This document shows positions 44,648 to 55,271 of a stretch of 61,634 nt of DNA, in pieces. The stretch is from an uncultured Alphaproteobacteria bacterium (lineage in GTDB: Bacteria > Pseudomonadota > Alphaproteobacteria > RF32 > CAG-239): assembly GCA_910580155.1 (NCBI GenBank), contig CAJTWX010000001.1, positions 1 through 61,634 of the forward strand, given 5' to 3'. The notes below the pieces were generated by a model that worked only from the letters and a program-made list of their open reading frames with translations, was not told where the DNA came from and searched no databases. Position 1 is the stretch's first letter. Each line of letters starts with the position of its first letter. A program made the position numbers and the translations under genes.

Positions 44648-44686
44648 AAAAAAAGCAGAGTTGGTTTATCCGACTCTGCTTTTTTG
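44648..44686. terminator. Bidirectional rho-independent terminator
   Basis: Stem agcagagt (44654-44661) pairs with actctgct (44673-44680), flanked by A and T runs. It sits between convergent genes. Confidence 0.75.
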
Positions 44687-44697
44687 ATTTGATTCAC

Positions 44698-45300
44698 TTA
44701 TTGCTGTTTTGCATATCCGACAGCTTCGGTCATCACCACTTCTTTATCACCATCAAGCCCTAAGGCTGCTTTAAGCTCTGCTCTGTCATAAAGCCCGCGC
44801 ACCACACACTTCAGCCCCTCAGAGGCGCAGTAAAGGCTGGTATTCTGATACATTGAGCCGGCGTGCATCTCGCCATATTTCTTGTCTTTGGTCACAAAGA
44901 GCAAATGTACCGGCGCCTCAAGTGCAAATTTTTGCTCTTTACCGACAACCTCGCGCAAGTCTTTGTCCGACTGTTGCGTCAAAACGTTATTCTTTGCATC
45001 ATACACATAAACGCCCGTCGGCAACAACACATACAGCTCCATATCCTGCAAATTGCGCGCCGTCGGAACCACGCGCTTGCCGTCTTCAGAGCTAATTCCC
45101 CACGTTGTCCACAACAAATTAGACAAGTGCTGGTCTGAAAGCATTTTCGTATCAAACATCCGCCCCGACCGTCTGACCTTAATAGCTTCCATTAACGGCA
45201 TACCGCCGCTTGTTTCCGGCGTATTCAGCTTAATATCAGCCGCGTTTGCCGTTGCCGCACTCATAACCATCATTGCTCCTAAAATCAGTTTTTTCATCAT
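44698..45300 (-). CDS. Secreted nitroreductase-family (SagB/ThcOx-like) protein
   Basis: Signal peptide (AATANA). The RRSGRMF...LSNLLWTTWGIS pattern is typical of the nitroreductase fold. Confidence 0.65.
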   Translation of the reverse strand: MMKKLILGAMMVMSAATANAADIKLNTPETSGGMPLMEAIKVRRSGRMFDTKMLSDQHLSNLLWTTWGISSEDGKRVVPTARNLQDMELYVLLPTGVYVYDAKNNVLTQQSDKDLREVVGKEQKFALEAPVHLLFVTKDKKYGEMHAGSMYQNTSLYCASEGLKCVVRGLYDRAELKAALGLDGDKEVVMTEAVGYAKQQ

Positions 45301-45355
45301 ACTCTCCTAAATAATGTTATTGCTCCAAAATATAAGCCTTTAAATTAAAAAAATC

Positions 45356-47665
45356 TTAATTTAAATGTAAAATATTTTTGCCGGTAATTGAAACAGCCGC
45401 CGTCCGTCCCAGATTGTCAACAGCACGGATAATCGCTTTCCCGACGGGTAAAGCAATTTCAAGGTTCTGATACCGCCCGCTTTTTCCGGCAAAGACATCG
45501 TTAACAAACCAGAGCGTTTCCGCCGCGTCTGCATCAAGCTCTGCCGAAAGTGTCAGCTTTTGCCCGTAACTGTGTGCAATTAAAACGCTGCCGTCTGCCG
45601 GCGATTTAATCACCGGCGCTTTTCCCGATAGTGCCGTCGATACTTCTGCACAGTTTTCCGCAAATTCGGGCGGCCGGTTCAACCGGATTCCCGCCTGCTC
45701 GTAAATCCGGTAAATTTCCGAATCCCAAAATTGGTAAGCTTTCAACTCGGTTAGGGGCGGCATATGCCGGCAGGCACGTTTGCCACTTTTTTTGTCAATG
45801 GGAATTTTGCGTGTGATGTTCTTATAAGGCGTTTTCGTGATGTTCGGAATAAAATAAGTGCTGCCTGTCTTTTCGCAGTCCTCATTTGCCAGTTCACCAG
45901 TGGCAAGGCATATATCCGCCTTCGTTAGTTCCAATGTTTCCAAAGCTGGAGTGTCTTGCCTGACCAAGCCGTCCGCTGCCATCTGCCGGATAAGTGCAAA
46001 CATCAGCGGAGCCGCCGTCTCGCGTCCCACAAGCGCATTGTTCGGCGTGTTGTCAAAATTGCCAAGCCAGATGACAAACACATAATCGCCTGCAATTCCA
46101 GCACTCCACGCATCACGAAAGCCGAAAGACGTTCCCGTCTTCCACGCCACATTATAACCATCGTGGCTGACAAGATAGGGCAGGGCGTGCCGGTCAACCG
46201 GCGGATTAGTCTTAAGCATCTCTAAGGTTAAAAAAGCACTTTCCGGCATAAGCAGCGGCACGGCCAGACTTTCTGCTTCTCCTGCAAAATAGCGCAGCCG
46301 CCGAAACCTTCCCTGATTGCCGAGCATTGCATAAAGCTCTGCCAAATTTTGCATTGTCACTTCCGCCCCGCCAAGCGCCAACGCCAGACCATAATGCCTT
46401 GCCGGTTTAAGCTTCGGAATGCCGGCTTTTTGCAATAAATTATAAAAGCTGTCCGCCGAAAGTTTTTGCAACAACTCAACCGCCGGAATGTTACGGCTTT
46501 GCACTAAGGCCTCAGTAGCGTTAATCAGCCCTTTAAAGTCGTGGTCAAAGTTCTCAGGCGTATATAAGCCATAGTTTTCCGGCACATCGCGCACAAGCGA
46601 CAGCGGGTGAATAAGCCCTTGTTCCAGCGCCAGCGCATAAATAAACGGTTTTAAAGCTGACCCCGGAGAACGCAGGGAAGTCAAACCGTCAACTTGTCCG
46701 GAAATTTCTTTGTCAAAAAAATCCGCCGAACCAACTTCGGCAATAACCTCCATTGTTTGCTTGTTGACAATGATTGCTGCAGCATTGCGTACCCCGAGGA
46801 CGCGCTGTTTATCAATATAAGAACGCAGCGCTTGTTCCAGTTTGTGCTGCCAAACGCCATCAATTGTAGTACGGATGTTGCCGCTTGTCGTCTGCCGCTT
46901 AACACGCTGCACGGTGTGCATTGCTGTTTTCGGCAGATGTTTTTCAAACAACACCGGCAGGTCAAGCGTCGTTTCATTGCCGTATGCTGTGCTCCAGAGT
47001 GTCTTCAGCCGCTGCACGGCTGCCGCAATCCGCTGCTGCCCGCCGGTTTTAAGCGGATGCCTTTTTTCAGGATTTTGAGGGATAACCGCAAGAGCTGCCG
47101 CCTGCGGCAGATTAAGTTTGTCAGCTTCGGTGTTAAAATAAATGAGTGCCGCCGCACCAATGCCTTCAATATTTCCGCCCATCGGGCACAGATTGTAGTA
47201 TGCCTCCAAAATTTCTTCTTTGCTGTAGTGTCGTTCCAGCTGTAATGCTCGCAAAATCTGCTGCATTTTACCCCAAAGGGAAGATGTATCAAGCCGCCAC
47301 CTGAGTCGAGCCACCTGCATCGTAAGGGTAGAAGCCCCTTGTCTGCGCCCGCCCGCAATCATTGCCGCTGCTGCCCGCGCAAGGCTCGGGATATCCACGC
47401 CGAAATGGCTGAAAAACCGTTTATCTTCATAGGTTAAAAGCGCTTTTTTCGTGTGTTCGTTAATCTTTTTGTACGGCACAAACAGACGATACTTTTCATC
47501 TAACGAAAGTGATAAATTGAGCAGATTGCCCTCACGGTCAAATACCGCGCGCGAAAAGGTATAAGGTTCCAGCAAATCCGGTTTCGGGCAAAACAGAAAG
47601 CCGAGAACAGCAAGGAATATACTGCCCGCCGTTATCGCCCGCAGCCGCAATGCCCGCCGCTTCAT
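45356..47665 (-). CDS. pbpC: Penicillin-binding protein 1C
   Basis: Transglycosylase motifs (EDKRFFSHFGVD, RQGASTLTMQ), transpeptidase SxxK (SPGSALKPF), and a C-terminal PBP1C-type extension. The ATG at 47665 shares one nucleotide with the TGA of the upstream alpha-2-macroglobulin gene. Confidence 0.85.
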   Translation of the reverse strand: MKRRALRLRAITAGSIFLAVLGFLFCPKPDLLEPYTFSRAVFDREGNLLNLSLSLDEKYRLFVPYKKINEHTKKALLTYEDKRFFSHFGVDIPSLARAAAAMIAGGRRQGASTLTMQVARLRWRLDTSSLWGKMQQILRALQLERHYSKEEILEAYYNLCPMGGNIEGIGAAALIYFNTEADKLNLPQAAALAVIPQNPEKRHPLKTGGQQRIAAAVQRLKTLWSTAYGNETTLDLPVLFEKHLPKTAMHTVQRVKRQTTSGNIRTTIDGVWQHKLEQALRSYIDKQRVLGVRNAAAIIVNKQTMEVIAEVGSADFFDKEISGQVDGLTSLRSPGSALKPFIYALALEQGLIHPLSLVRDVPENYGLYTPENFDHDFKGLINATEALVQSRNIPAVELLQKLSADSFYNLLQKAGIPKLKPARHYGLALALGGAEVTMQNLAELYAMLGNQGRFRRLRYFAGEAESLAVPLLMPESAFLTLEMLKTNPPVDRHALPYLVSHDGYNVAWKTGTSFGFRDAWSAGIAGDYVFVIWLGNFDNTPNNALVGRETAAPLMFALIRQMAADGLVRQDTPALETLELTKADICLATGELANEDCEKTGSTYFIPNITKTPYKNITRKIPIDKKSGKRACRHMPPLTELKAYQFWDSEIYRIYEQAGIRLNRPPEFAENCAEVSTALSGKAPVIKSPADGSVLIAHSYGQKLTLSAELDADAAETLWFVNDVFAGKSGRYQNLEIALPVGKAIIRAVDNLGRTAAVSITGKNILHLN

Positions 47666-50600
47666 CACTCAATCACCAGCCGGTCGGGCAGGGTATTGGC
47701 TGAAATTTTCGGGTCATACATCGCGTTGGCATATGCCGCCGGAACCACAAAATCGCCTTGTGCCGTCACCCTGACTTTGTAAGTAACAGTAATCGTATCG
47801 CGCATTCCCATATCAAAATACGCCAGCATCCGGTCTTCGCGGGCCTCGCTATGGGAAAGATAGTCATTGCTTTCAATCGACCCGCGGATAATCTCAACTC
47901 CGCCTGCAAGCAAGTCTGTTAAAGCCACATTGCTGATATATTCTCTGCTGGTGTTCTTGACCGTTATTTCCACCGTCACCTCATCGCCAAGTTCAAGCGT
48001 ATTCAGAGTTTTGCCTTTCGGAGCTTTAAGCTTTTTTGCCATCTGCAAGCCGTTTGCAACAGCTTTTTCCGGCAGATTAACCGCAAAGCCTTCCTGCTCG
48101 ACAGTATAGAAAAACGGTTTGTCCGCAGCAAGTTTTAGCTCCATAACCGCCGGCGTCACTTCTGCCGCGCCGTAAAGCCCGTTTTGCTCTGCGGCTGCAC
48201 CGTCAAACCGGATATCGTCCGCCGCTTCGTTTTGCCCGATTTCGCTTAAAGCCAAAATGGCAAACGCCGAAGAAATGGTGTTGAAATCTTGTTTTTCCAG
48301 CGGTTGCAAAAGCTTTTCAACATCCTGCACGCTGTTAAGGATATTCTGCCCGCCGAAAACTTTGCTTGCAATATAAATATATCGCGCATTAGAAAGGTCC
48401 GACCACCCGAATTTATAGCGTTTAATCAGCGGTAGCGCCTTTTTCGGATTGTGTAAGAGCTGATAGCCGGCAGCAATGTACACGCCGTTAAGTGTAGATT
48501 TCCATTTGTCGCCGCAATTCCGCTGCAGCACATTCTCAAGGTTTAAGAGGTAGTTTGTCGTCACCTCGCCGGCCTCGGTTAAAACATATGCCGCATATGC
48601 CGCAAGCGTATCGTTTTCATCATCAGGCTCTTCTGCAGCTACGGTTTTGGCAAAGCGGATTGCCCCGTCATACACGCCTTTCGGCACATTAAAGCCATAT
48701 TTTTTCGCTGCGGTTAAAAACTCCAGCGCATAAACCGACACAAATTTATCGCTCTGCAAAGAAGTTCCGCCCCACATAGCAAATCCGCCGTCTGCCTTTT
48801 GCCGGTCAATAAGTTTTGCAAGCACGTCATCGTATGTGTCATACACAAATTTGCTGTTAATATACGCCGCCGCATCTTCAGCCGGCAGCTTAAACAGCAG
48901 CACCATCGCCGGAAAGATTTTGCTGACCGATTGTTCGGTGCAATAGTGCGGGTATTTCCCGAGATATTGCAGCAGCCCTTTAGCCAATATCAGCGGAGAA
49001 GCCGAGGCATAGACCTTTTGCGACCGCTGGTAAGGGTAAAACTCTTTAACAAAGTTTTTAAGCGTAACCTGCCGCGCGGCTTTACCGGCTGTCACATCGG
49101 TTACAAACGGCACGGCCGGACGAATCCCCGTTTCCAGCGCCATAGAGGTGTGCTGTTCCGGAGAATCAACCGCCTCCGCCGTAAAGGTAATCGTCTGTGC
49201 GCCAAGTTTGTTAAGCGCCTTAAGCTTAAAAGAAACAGAACTTTCACCATTTTCATCAATCTCTAAAATACGACTGTTTTCACCCAAAATTTCCAGTCCA
49301 TCCGTCGCCAAAACCGACAGCCGCACTTTATAAGCCATGCCGCTTCCCTTAATAAGGTTGCTGACTGCCGCGCCGGCTTCAAACACATCATCGGGCGCAG
49401 CATAAAGAGGACCGGTCAGTGTCAGCGCAAAGTCGCCGCGCACCAATACGCTTTTTTCCACTGCTCCGAATTTGCCGGCATTCATCCCCGCCGCCATAAT
49501 TTTCATCTCGCCGTTAAATGTATCGGGAACGGTATAGCTGAAAAACTGTTCTTCAGGGCGTGATTTTAGCAGTCCGCTCCAAAATGCTGCCGGCTTGTTT
49601 TGTTTGCGGGCAAACGGGTTCAGCATTTTCAAAAGCATCACGTCATCTTCGGCATCAGCACCGCCGCCTGCCGCGGCAAGCTGTAAAGCCAGTTTCGTAT
49701 CTGGCAGTACCAAATCGAGAATTTGCCGTGTCGCCACCTGTAGCGCCTTTTTCGGGATAAAGAACTCAAGTGGCGAGGGGAGCTTATAGTCCGAAACCTG
49801 CAAAATCCCCGTATTTACACCCCATAAAAAGATGTCTGCGTCTTCAGGAGTTTTATAGCCGATTTTAAGCTCTTCACCGGGTTTGACGCTTTCTGGAACG
49901 GAAAGTTCAATCGGCAGGTTATAGGCCGCAACGCTGATGTTAAACGGTGCAATCCCATAGCTCAACGGCTTGTCAAAAATCTCTTCGGCAGTAATGTCGC
50001 GGGCAATTGCCACATTCAAATAGGCATTGCCGGCAACTCCGTCTGGTAACTGAATTTCCTGCACACTGGCCTTACTGTTGGTCTTAAACCATTTATAAGC
50101 ATACACCTTGTCCTGCTCAATGCTTAACAGCCCCATCCCTTTAAACGGCGCACGAATTTGTACCCTGATGGTCTCGCCGTTAGTATATTCTTTTTTATCA
50201 AGGGACAGCGAAAGGTTTTGCAGTTTGTCTTCCTTAAAATTTTCGTTGGCAGCTCCGGCAACGCTGTAATTCAGGCTTAGCAGTTCTTTGCCGCCTTTTT
50301 CCTCAACTGCGAGCACATAGTCGCCGGCTGTTGCCGTATCAAGCACAACATCATATCCTTCCCGCGTAATGTTAAAGCTTTCGGTCTTAACCGGAACTTT
50401 CCTGACCGTGCGTTGGTAGCCGTATGTCCCGTTATCAAGCAGCGTTAAAACACGGGTTTCGTTGTTGGTATAAACTTTAAGAACCAAATCTTCCGCCGCA
50501 ATCTGCTGCAAATTGCTGTCAATCGCAATAAGGTGGATTTTATGCGCACTGTTTTGTGCCAAAAAAGAAAGGGCATTGTTTTGCGTATCGGCTTTATACC

Positions 50601-53178
50601 CCAATAAATAGCTGTTTGGCGAGAAAAGGCCGGAAATCATTTGCTCGACTCCTCTGCCGCCCTCGCGTTCCAGTCCGGTCATAACTGCGGTTAAACGATA
50701 AGTGCCGCGATAGTGCCGGTTAAGGTTAATGTCAAACTGTGCCACGCCGTCTTTGCCCGTTTGTTGAGGAGTAAGCTCTTCCTCGATAGTCAGCCGTTGC
50801 CGGTCAGAAACAGCCGACGGGTCATAAAACTGATACCCCATATATTCGCCAAACTGAAAACGTGCGGGAACCATCCGGTAATATCCTTTAACGCCGTGTC
50901 CGTCTGCCGCCGTCCCGTAAAGGTTTGCCAAATCAGCTTTAAGCACAATATTGTTTGCCGTATTCCATCCTTTGCCGCCCCGTGGCTCAAAGGCAAGGCT
51001 GAGTTTCATCGTATCTGGCAGAAATTCCTCAACGTCAAAATCAATACTGTCGACATATTCTTCATAGTTTCCGGTGTTTTTATAAAGAGTGAGCGAATAT
51101 CTGCCCAGCGGTGCCGCAGCAGGCAGCGTATAAGATATCATATCAAGTCCGCCCGCAGCGGAAACAAAACTCTTCTGGCTCACAAGTTTCCAGTCAGCTG
51201 TCCGGATTTTGGCAATCAAAGGCAACCCCTCAGCCGGCTTCAGGTTTTCGAGCCGTGTCATAATGCCGAAATGGGCAGTTTCATTCGGTCGGTAAATGCC
51301 GCGGTCAGTGAATAAAAATGCCTTGAGCTTATCTTGTTTGCTGCTGGCATATTCCCCGCCGACATTATAGCGCGAATAGTCCAAAACCCTGTCGTTTTTC
51401 CATACCGGAATAAAACTCATATCTCCGTTAAGGGAAATTTTATAAGCCACGGCGCTTTTGTCATTTTTAAATTCTGCAAACGAGGGCAGGGCGGCCATTC
51501 CCTGATTATCCGTCACCGCCGACAAAACTGGCTGCCCGTTCACGCCGAGCACCTCAACCTTAGCTCCCTCCGCCGCTTCGCCTTTGGAGATGTTTGCAAC
51601 AAACAGATTATGGCTGCCGTCAGCATTGTCTTTGACAATCACGCCCAAATCTGTCACCATAATCAGTCGTGTGTCCGCCGGCGTCACTGTGTTGTTGCCG
51701 TCTTTTCCTTGCAGCGTAATCAAAAATACGCCGCTTTTGCCGTCCAGATAAGGCGTTAAATCAAGCGAAGAATACTTAAGTTCGCTCACGTCGTCGTTGT
51801 TAATCATCAGTTCTTTTTCAAAAATAGTGGCAATATTTTCTTCGCTAAAAGAATAGTTTTTGAAATAAGGAGTTGCAAAATCCCCGCCGGTCTGTGTCAC
51901 CAGATGGTTTAAATCATCCTCTGCTATTTTGGCAATTTTAACCTGCAGGGCAGGGACACCACGGGAAGAAAACGCCACGCTTCTTTGCGTTTGCAGCGGA
52001 ATAACCGCGCCGTCAAAACTGATGTTTGCTTCGCGCGGATAGTCTGCCGAGCGGATAACCTGCCGTACCGAAGCCAGCGGATACCCTTCTTTAGAGGTCA
52101 CACCCTCTTTAAGCAGTACCCGCAAAGCCGCATCCCGTTTGGGCAGATGGTATCTGAAAAAGCGGGTGTTCAGCCCTTCTTGTGCCGGCAGCGCCTCAAC
52201 ATCAAGCTTAACCCAGCGGGCTTTTTCCGTGTTGCTGTCCCTGAAAACACCGTAGCAGTTTTCTTTACAATAGGCAACCGTCACCCTGTCTTTCAGACTT
52301 TCATCATCAAGAGCAGCCGAAAAGGCAACGCCCACAACCTGCTCCGGCTCATTGTCCTCATTGCGGATAAGGCTTGCGGAAATGTCTTTAACCTTAAAAA
52401 AGGTACTGATACTGGGAATTGTTACTCTGGCAAGGGCAACCGGTTTGTCGTCATTGGCAATCGGCGTATTGTTATAAATATTTTTTACTTTATTTACCGA
52501 AATTATTGCAAAGTCGTCATTAACGCCGAGTTTAACCGGTTCAGAGATAACGTGCAGCATCGTGCCGCCGTTTTTAAGCGTATAGGTAAAGCCGTATTCC
52601 TTGCCGTGGATAGTTTTAATCTCTACCCCGTCTTTAATGCTCTCTTCCTTAACCGGATAGGTAAACTCAAACGATGCCGTAACCGATTTTTTACCGACAT
52701 CACGCGGATCTTCATAAAAATCTTTTGCCGTTCTGCGGGCTTCAAATTCTGGCGCACGGAATTTAAATGTCCGCTCTTTAACTTTTACCCCCTCTGCAAA
52801 AATATCCTCAGGCATCGTCACTTCATATTCCTGAGCCGGAATCCAGTTTTCCTGCGGTTTAAAAACCAACTGCGCGCCGGCAGAAAAACGCCACGAACCG
52901 GCGGTTTCGGGAACCATCTTAAAACCAACCAAACCTTTTTTGCCATATGCATATGGTGCGGCAACATTATGGTCAAAAAAAACATCCACACTGTCTGCCA
53001 CAGGCTTTCCGTCCACCGTATAATAAGCTCTGGGAGCAGAAATCATACTGATTTTTGCCTCGGTTATTTTCGTAGATTTAAAATACTCGTTATTGAAATA
53101 GGTCTGATAAGCCCATACCCCGCCGCCAATAACAATGGCTGCCGCCGCAATAACCGCCGCCCAAGTTGATTTTTTCAT
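47665..53178 (-). CDS. yfhM: Bacterial alpha-2-macroglobulin (YfhM-like), membrane-anchored
   Basis: About 1840 aa with an N-terminal hydrophobic anchor. The thioester motif CTEQ lies at nt 48931-48942 (YPHYCTEQSV). Pairing with pbpC is classical. The start may be 53190 or, better for RBS spacing, 53178. Confidence 0.85.
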   Translation of the reverse strand: MKKSTWAAVIAAAAIVIGGGVWAYQTYFNNEYFKSTKITEAKISMISAPRAYYTVDGKPVADSVDVFFDHNVAAPYAYGKKGLVGFKMVPETAGSWRFSAGAQLVFKPQENWIPAQEYEVTMPEDIFAEGVKVKERTFKFRAPEFEARRTAKDFYEDPRDVGKKSVTASFEFTYPVKEESIKDGVEIKTIHGKEYGFTYTLKNGGTMLHVISEPVKLGVNDDFAIISVNKVKNIYNNTPIANDDKPVALARVTIPSISTFFKVKDISASLIRNEDNEPEQVVGVAFSAALDDESLKDRVTVAYCKENCYGVFRDSNTEKARWVKLDVEALPAQEGLNTRFFRYHLPKRDAALRVLLKEGVTSKEGYPLASVRQVIRSADYPREANISFDGAVIPLQTQRSVAFSSRGVPALQVKIAKIAEDDLNHLVTQTGGDFATPYFKNYSFSEENIATIFEKELMINNDDVSELKYSSLDLTPYLDGKSGVFLITLQGKDGNNTVTPADTRLIMVTDLGVIVKDNADGSHNLFVANISKGEAAEGAKVEVLGVNGQPVLSAVTDNQGMAALPSFAEFKNDKSAVAYKISLNGDMSFIPVWKNDRVLDYSRYNVGGEYASSKQDKLKAFLFTDRGIYRPNETAHFGIMTRLENLKPAEGLPLIAKIRTADWKLVSQKSFVSAAGGLDMISYTLPAAAPLGRYSLTLYKNTGNYEEYVDSIDFDVEEFLPDTMKLSLAFEPRGGKGWNTANNIVLKADLANLYGTAADGHGVKGYYRMVPARFQFGEYMGYQFYDPSAVSDRQRLTIEEELTPQQTGKDGVAQFDINLNRHYRGTYRLTAVMTGLEREGGRGVEQMISGLFSPNSYLLGYKADTQNNALSFLAQNSAHKIHLIAIDSNLQQIAAEDLVLKVYTNNETRVLTLLDNGTYGYQRTVRKVPVKTESFNITREGYDVVLDTATAGDYVLAVEEKGGKELLSLNYSVAGAANENFKEDKLQNLSLSLDKKEYTNGETIRVQIRAPFKGMGLLSIEQDKVYAYKWFKTNSKASVQEIQLPDGVAGNAYLNVAIARDITAEEIFDKPLSYGIAPFNISVAAYNLPIELSVPESVKPGEELKIGYKTPEDADIFLWGVNTGILQVSDYKLPSPLEFFIPKKALQVATRQILDLVLPDTKLALQLAAAGGGADAEDDVMLLKMLNPFARKQNKPAAFWSGLLKSRPEEQFFSYTVPDTFNGEMKIMAAGMNAGKFGAVEKSVLVRGDFALTLTGPLYAAPDDVFEAGAAVSNLIKGSGMAYKVRLSVLATDGLEILGENSRILEIDENGESSVSFKLKALNKLGAQTITFTAEAVDSPEQHTSMALETGIRPAVPFVTDVTAGKAARQVTLKNFVKEFYPYQRSQKVYASASPLILAKGLLQYLGKYPHYCTEQSVSKIFPAMVLLFKLPAEDAAAYINSKFVYDTYDDVLAKLIDRQKADGGFAMWGGTSLQSDKFVSVYALEFLTAAKKYGFNVPKGVYDGAIRFAKTVAAEEPDDENDTLAAYAAYVLTEAGEVTTNYLLNLENVLQRNCGDKWKSTLNGVYIAAGYQLLHNPKKALPLIKRYKFGWSDLSNARYIYIASKVFGGQNILNSVQDVEKLLQPLEKQDFNTISSAFAILALSEIGQNEAADDIRFDGAAAEQNGLYGAAEVTPAVMELKLAADKPFFYTVEQEGFAVNLPEKAVANGLQMAKKLKAPKGKTLNTLELGDEVTVEITVKNTSREYISNVALTDLLAGGVEIIRGSIESNDYLSHSEAREDRMLAYFDMGMRDTITVTYKVRVTAQGDFVVPAAYANAMYDPKISANTLPDRLVIE

Positions 53179-53362
53179 TTCTGCCCCCATATCTGAAAAT
53201 TAAGATTCTTTTAAACAAAGTGCATTTTTTTGCTTAAACAGTCAATTTTATATCCATACTGTAAACAATTTTTTTATTGTAAAACTTTTGAGATAGCTGT
53301 TGACAAAGTTTAAAATTTCAGGCACTATATCTCTATATCGAAGTCCTTAAAAGGAGGGGAAT

Positions 53363-54061
53363 ATGGCAGAGGTTAAGGTATGTCTGGTAACGGGTGCGGC
53401 GAGTTTAATCGGGCAGCATATCGTTGCCGAATTGGTCGCGGCAAAACATAAGGTAATCGCGTTAGGTGACCCGAACGATACGTTTATGCCCGATGTTTTA
53501 ACCAAACGTCGGGTTAAAATCAATACAGCTCTGCCGGTCACCGCTGCCTCATTTAAAAAGCACGATGTCCAGTTTTGTTTTGGCGATATCAGTGATATAT
53601 CGTTTCTCGCCTCGGTTTTTTCAGGCGCAGTGCAAAATGAAATCAAGCTCGAATATGTGTTCCACCTTGCTGCAAACAAAGCGATTCAGAAAAGCGCACC
53701 TGCCGCATATCATCCGGAGTTTATCGCCACGGCAAACGTTTTGGATGTCGTACGCGCCTATTGGCAGGAGCATAAGGAAACCTTTAAGGGCTTTTTCTAT
53801 GCTGCCGAAAACAATGCCAAATCCGGCAAGGTAGAAACAATGCTCAATACAATACACGAAAAATCCGGCTTTCCCGCAGAGGTGTTCAAAGACGAGAATG
53901 TTCCGGTGGGGGCAGGGTATAAAGGGCGCACGTCGCTTGCCTCGCTCTATCGCGTCTTAACGCCGTTTACAATATCCAACAAATGGGAAAGCACTGACAC
54001 CGAAGACGGTTATATCAACCGTATCACCCGCGCTGTTACCCGCCTGATTGAAACATCTTAA
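53363..54061 (+). CDS. Short NAD(P)-binding Rossmann-fold protein (epimerase/SDR-like)
   Basis: AGGAGG RBS and the N-terminal VCLVTGAASLIGQHIV glycine-rich dinucleotide-binding motif. At 232 aa it is shorter than typical epimerases. Confidence 0.6.
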   Translation: MAEVKVCLVTGAASLIGQHIVAELVAAKHKVIALGDPNDTFMPDVLTKRRVKINTALPVTAASFKKHDVQFCFGDISDISFLASVFSGAVQNEIKLEYVFHLAANKAIQKSAPAAYHPEFIATANVLDVVRAYWQEHKETFKGFFYAAENNAKSGKVETMLNTIHEKSGFPAEVFKDENVPVGAGYKGRTSLASLYRVLTPFTISNKWESTDTEDGYINRITRAVTRLIETS

Positions 54062-54114
54062 AAGTAGTTTCAAATTTATAGCACATCATTGTGCCCCCCT
54101 CTCTCTTCTTGCGA

Positions 54115-54147
54115 GTCATTGCGAGGAACGAAGTGACGTGGCAATCT
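54115..54147. repeat. REP-like dispersed element
   Basis: gtcattgcgaggaacgaagtgacgtggcaatct. Confidence 0.8.
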
Positions 54148-54194
54148 CAGCCCACAAGAGCATTCTCACCATAACCCGCGCATTGCGGTTCGGA

Positions 54195-55271
54195 CTATAA
54201 TCCGTTTCCGGCACGCTTGAAAGCCATAACTGCAGACATTTCCATCTCCGCCTTTTGTGCGCGAATAAGTTTGGCAATGTTTGAAACAGCCGTTTTTGCC
54301 ATATCAACTTCGCTGCGGCAGGGGGCATAAATCCCGTTTTCGTAACGATATTTCATATTTTGGTGAATCTTGTGAATTTGCATATTCAAAAGCATTATCT
54401 CTTCTTTGTTCAGCGGACGGTTTTCTTCCGCGGCAATTACCTCGCACACATTGTCAATATGCGGGTGTCGCGTGTCATACAGCAACTCATTATTGCGGTT
54501 GACCACCATCAAATCAACATTATCAGCATTTGCCTTTTGAAAAGTGCTGATTTTATTAATCATCTCGGGCAACATCCGTACCACGCGGCTGAAATATTCA
54601 TTCGAAACTAACCGCGGATAAAGCTCGTTGTTTTGAAAAATAATCTTGTCATAAAGCGTTGCGCTGCGATAGACGCTGCTCAAATACGCCACATCAGGAT
54701 TAACCGCCATATATACCGCGCAGGGCTTATAGCCGTGTTCAATCGCTTTTGCAGCATTGTCGGCAAACTCCACGCCGGCTCCCATAGACCCGACAGAGAG
54801 CACCGAACGCTGTCCGGACTGCAACGACAAATCTAAAATCCGCCGCACATAGTCAATCGTTACGCCCGCAAACTTTTCGCATTCGTCAATATGGCCGCCG
54901 CGCAAATGGTTAAATAAATTTGGAAAGAGGTTGCGGTGCTCGTCTTTGTCGATAATATTAAACGGCAAACAGTCCTCATCTTGGGCAAAACGCTCAATCA
55001 ACTTTTGCGTCATCACTGACTTTCCTGCACCGGGGTAGCCCCAATACACAACAAACCGCCGTCTTTTGGGCGGAACGCAATCATTGTTTTTTTCAATAAA
55101 TTTAGCAATGGCTCTGTCATAGTTCTTTTTTGCGCCGGTTTGCTCTTGTGCCAAAATTTCTTGCACTTCTTCTTCGCTGAAAGGCGTGTGTTCGCCACAG
55201 TTAAGATTATCTAAAAACAAAAGCAGGTCATCAGTTTTTTCAAGCAATTGTTGTTTGATTTCGTTTTTCAT
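54195..55271 (-). CDS. Zeta-toxin-family P-loop kinase with an N-terminal extension
   Basis: 358 aa. Walker A WGYPGAGKS, IIDKDEHRN, and a pattern consistent with the zeta toxin/AvrRxo1-type kinase fold. Its ATG shares one nucleotide with the stop of the upstream HAD gene (TAATG). Confidence 0.6.
   Translation of the reverse strand: MKNEIKQQLLEKTDDLLLFLDNLNCGEHTPFSEEEVQEILAQEQTGAKKNYDRAIAKFIEKNNDCVPPKRRRFVVYWGYPGAGKSVMTQKLIERFAQDEDCLPFNIIDKDEHRNLFPNLFNHLRGGHIDECEKFAGVTIDYVRRILDLSLQSGQRSVLSVGSMGAGVEFADNAAKAIEHGYKPCAVYMAVNPDVAYLSSVYRSATLYDKIIFQNNELYPRLVSNEYFSRVVRMLPEMINKISTFQKANADNVDLMVVNRNNELLYDTRHPHIDNVCEVIAAEENRPLNKEEIMLLNMQIHKIHQNMKYRYENGIYAPCRSEVDMAKTAVSNIAKLIRAQKAEMEMSAVMAFKRAGNGL

Noticed and set aside
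51985-53169. A 394-aa plus-strand ORF, and other long ORFs antisense to the alpha-2-macroglobulin gene (for example 50713..51315 and 48799..49266)
   Set aside because: They lie entirely inside and antisense to a gene with strong family signatures. Their translations are Arg/Phe/Asn-rich low-quality sequence, typical of shadow frames.
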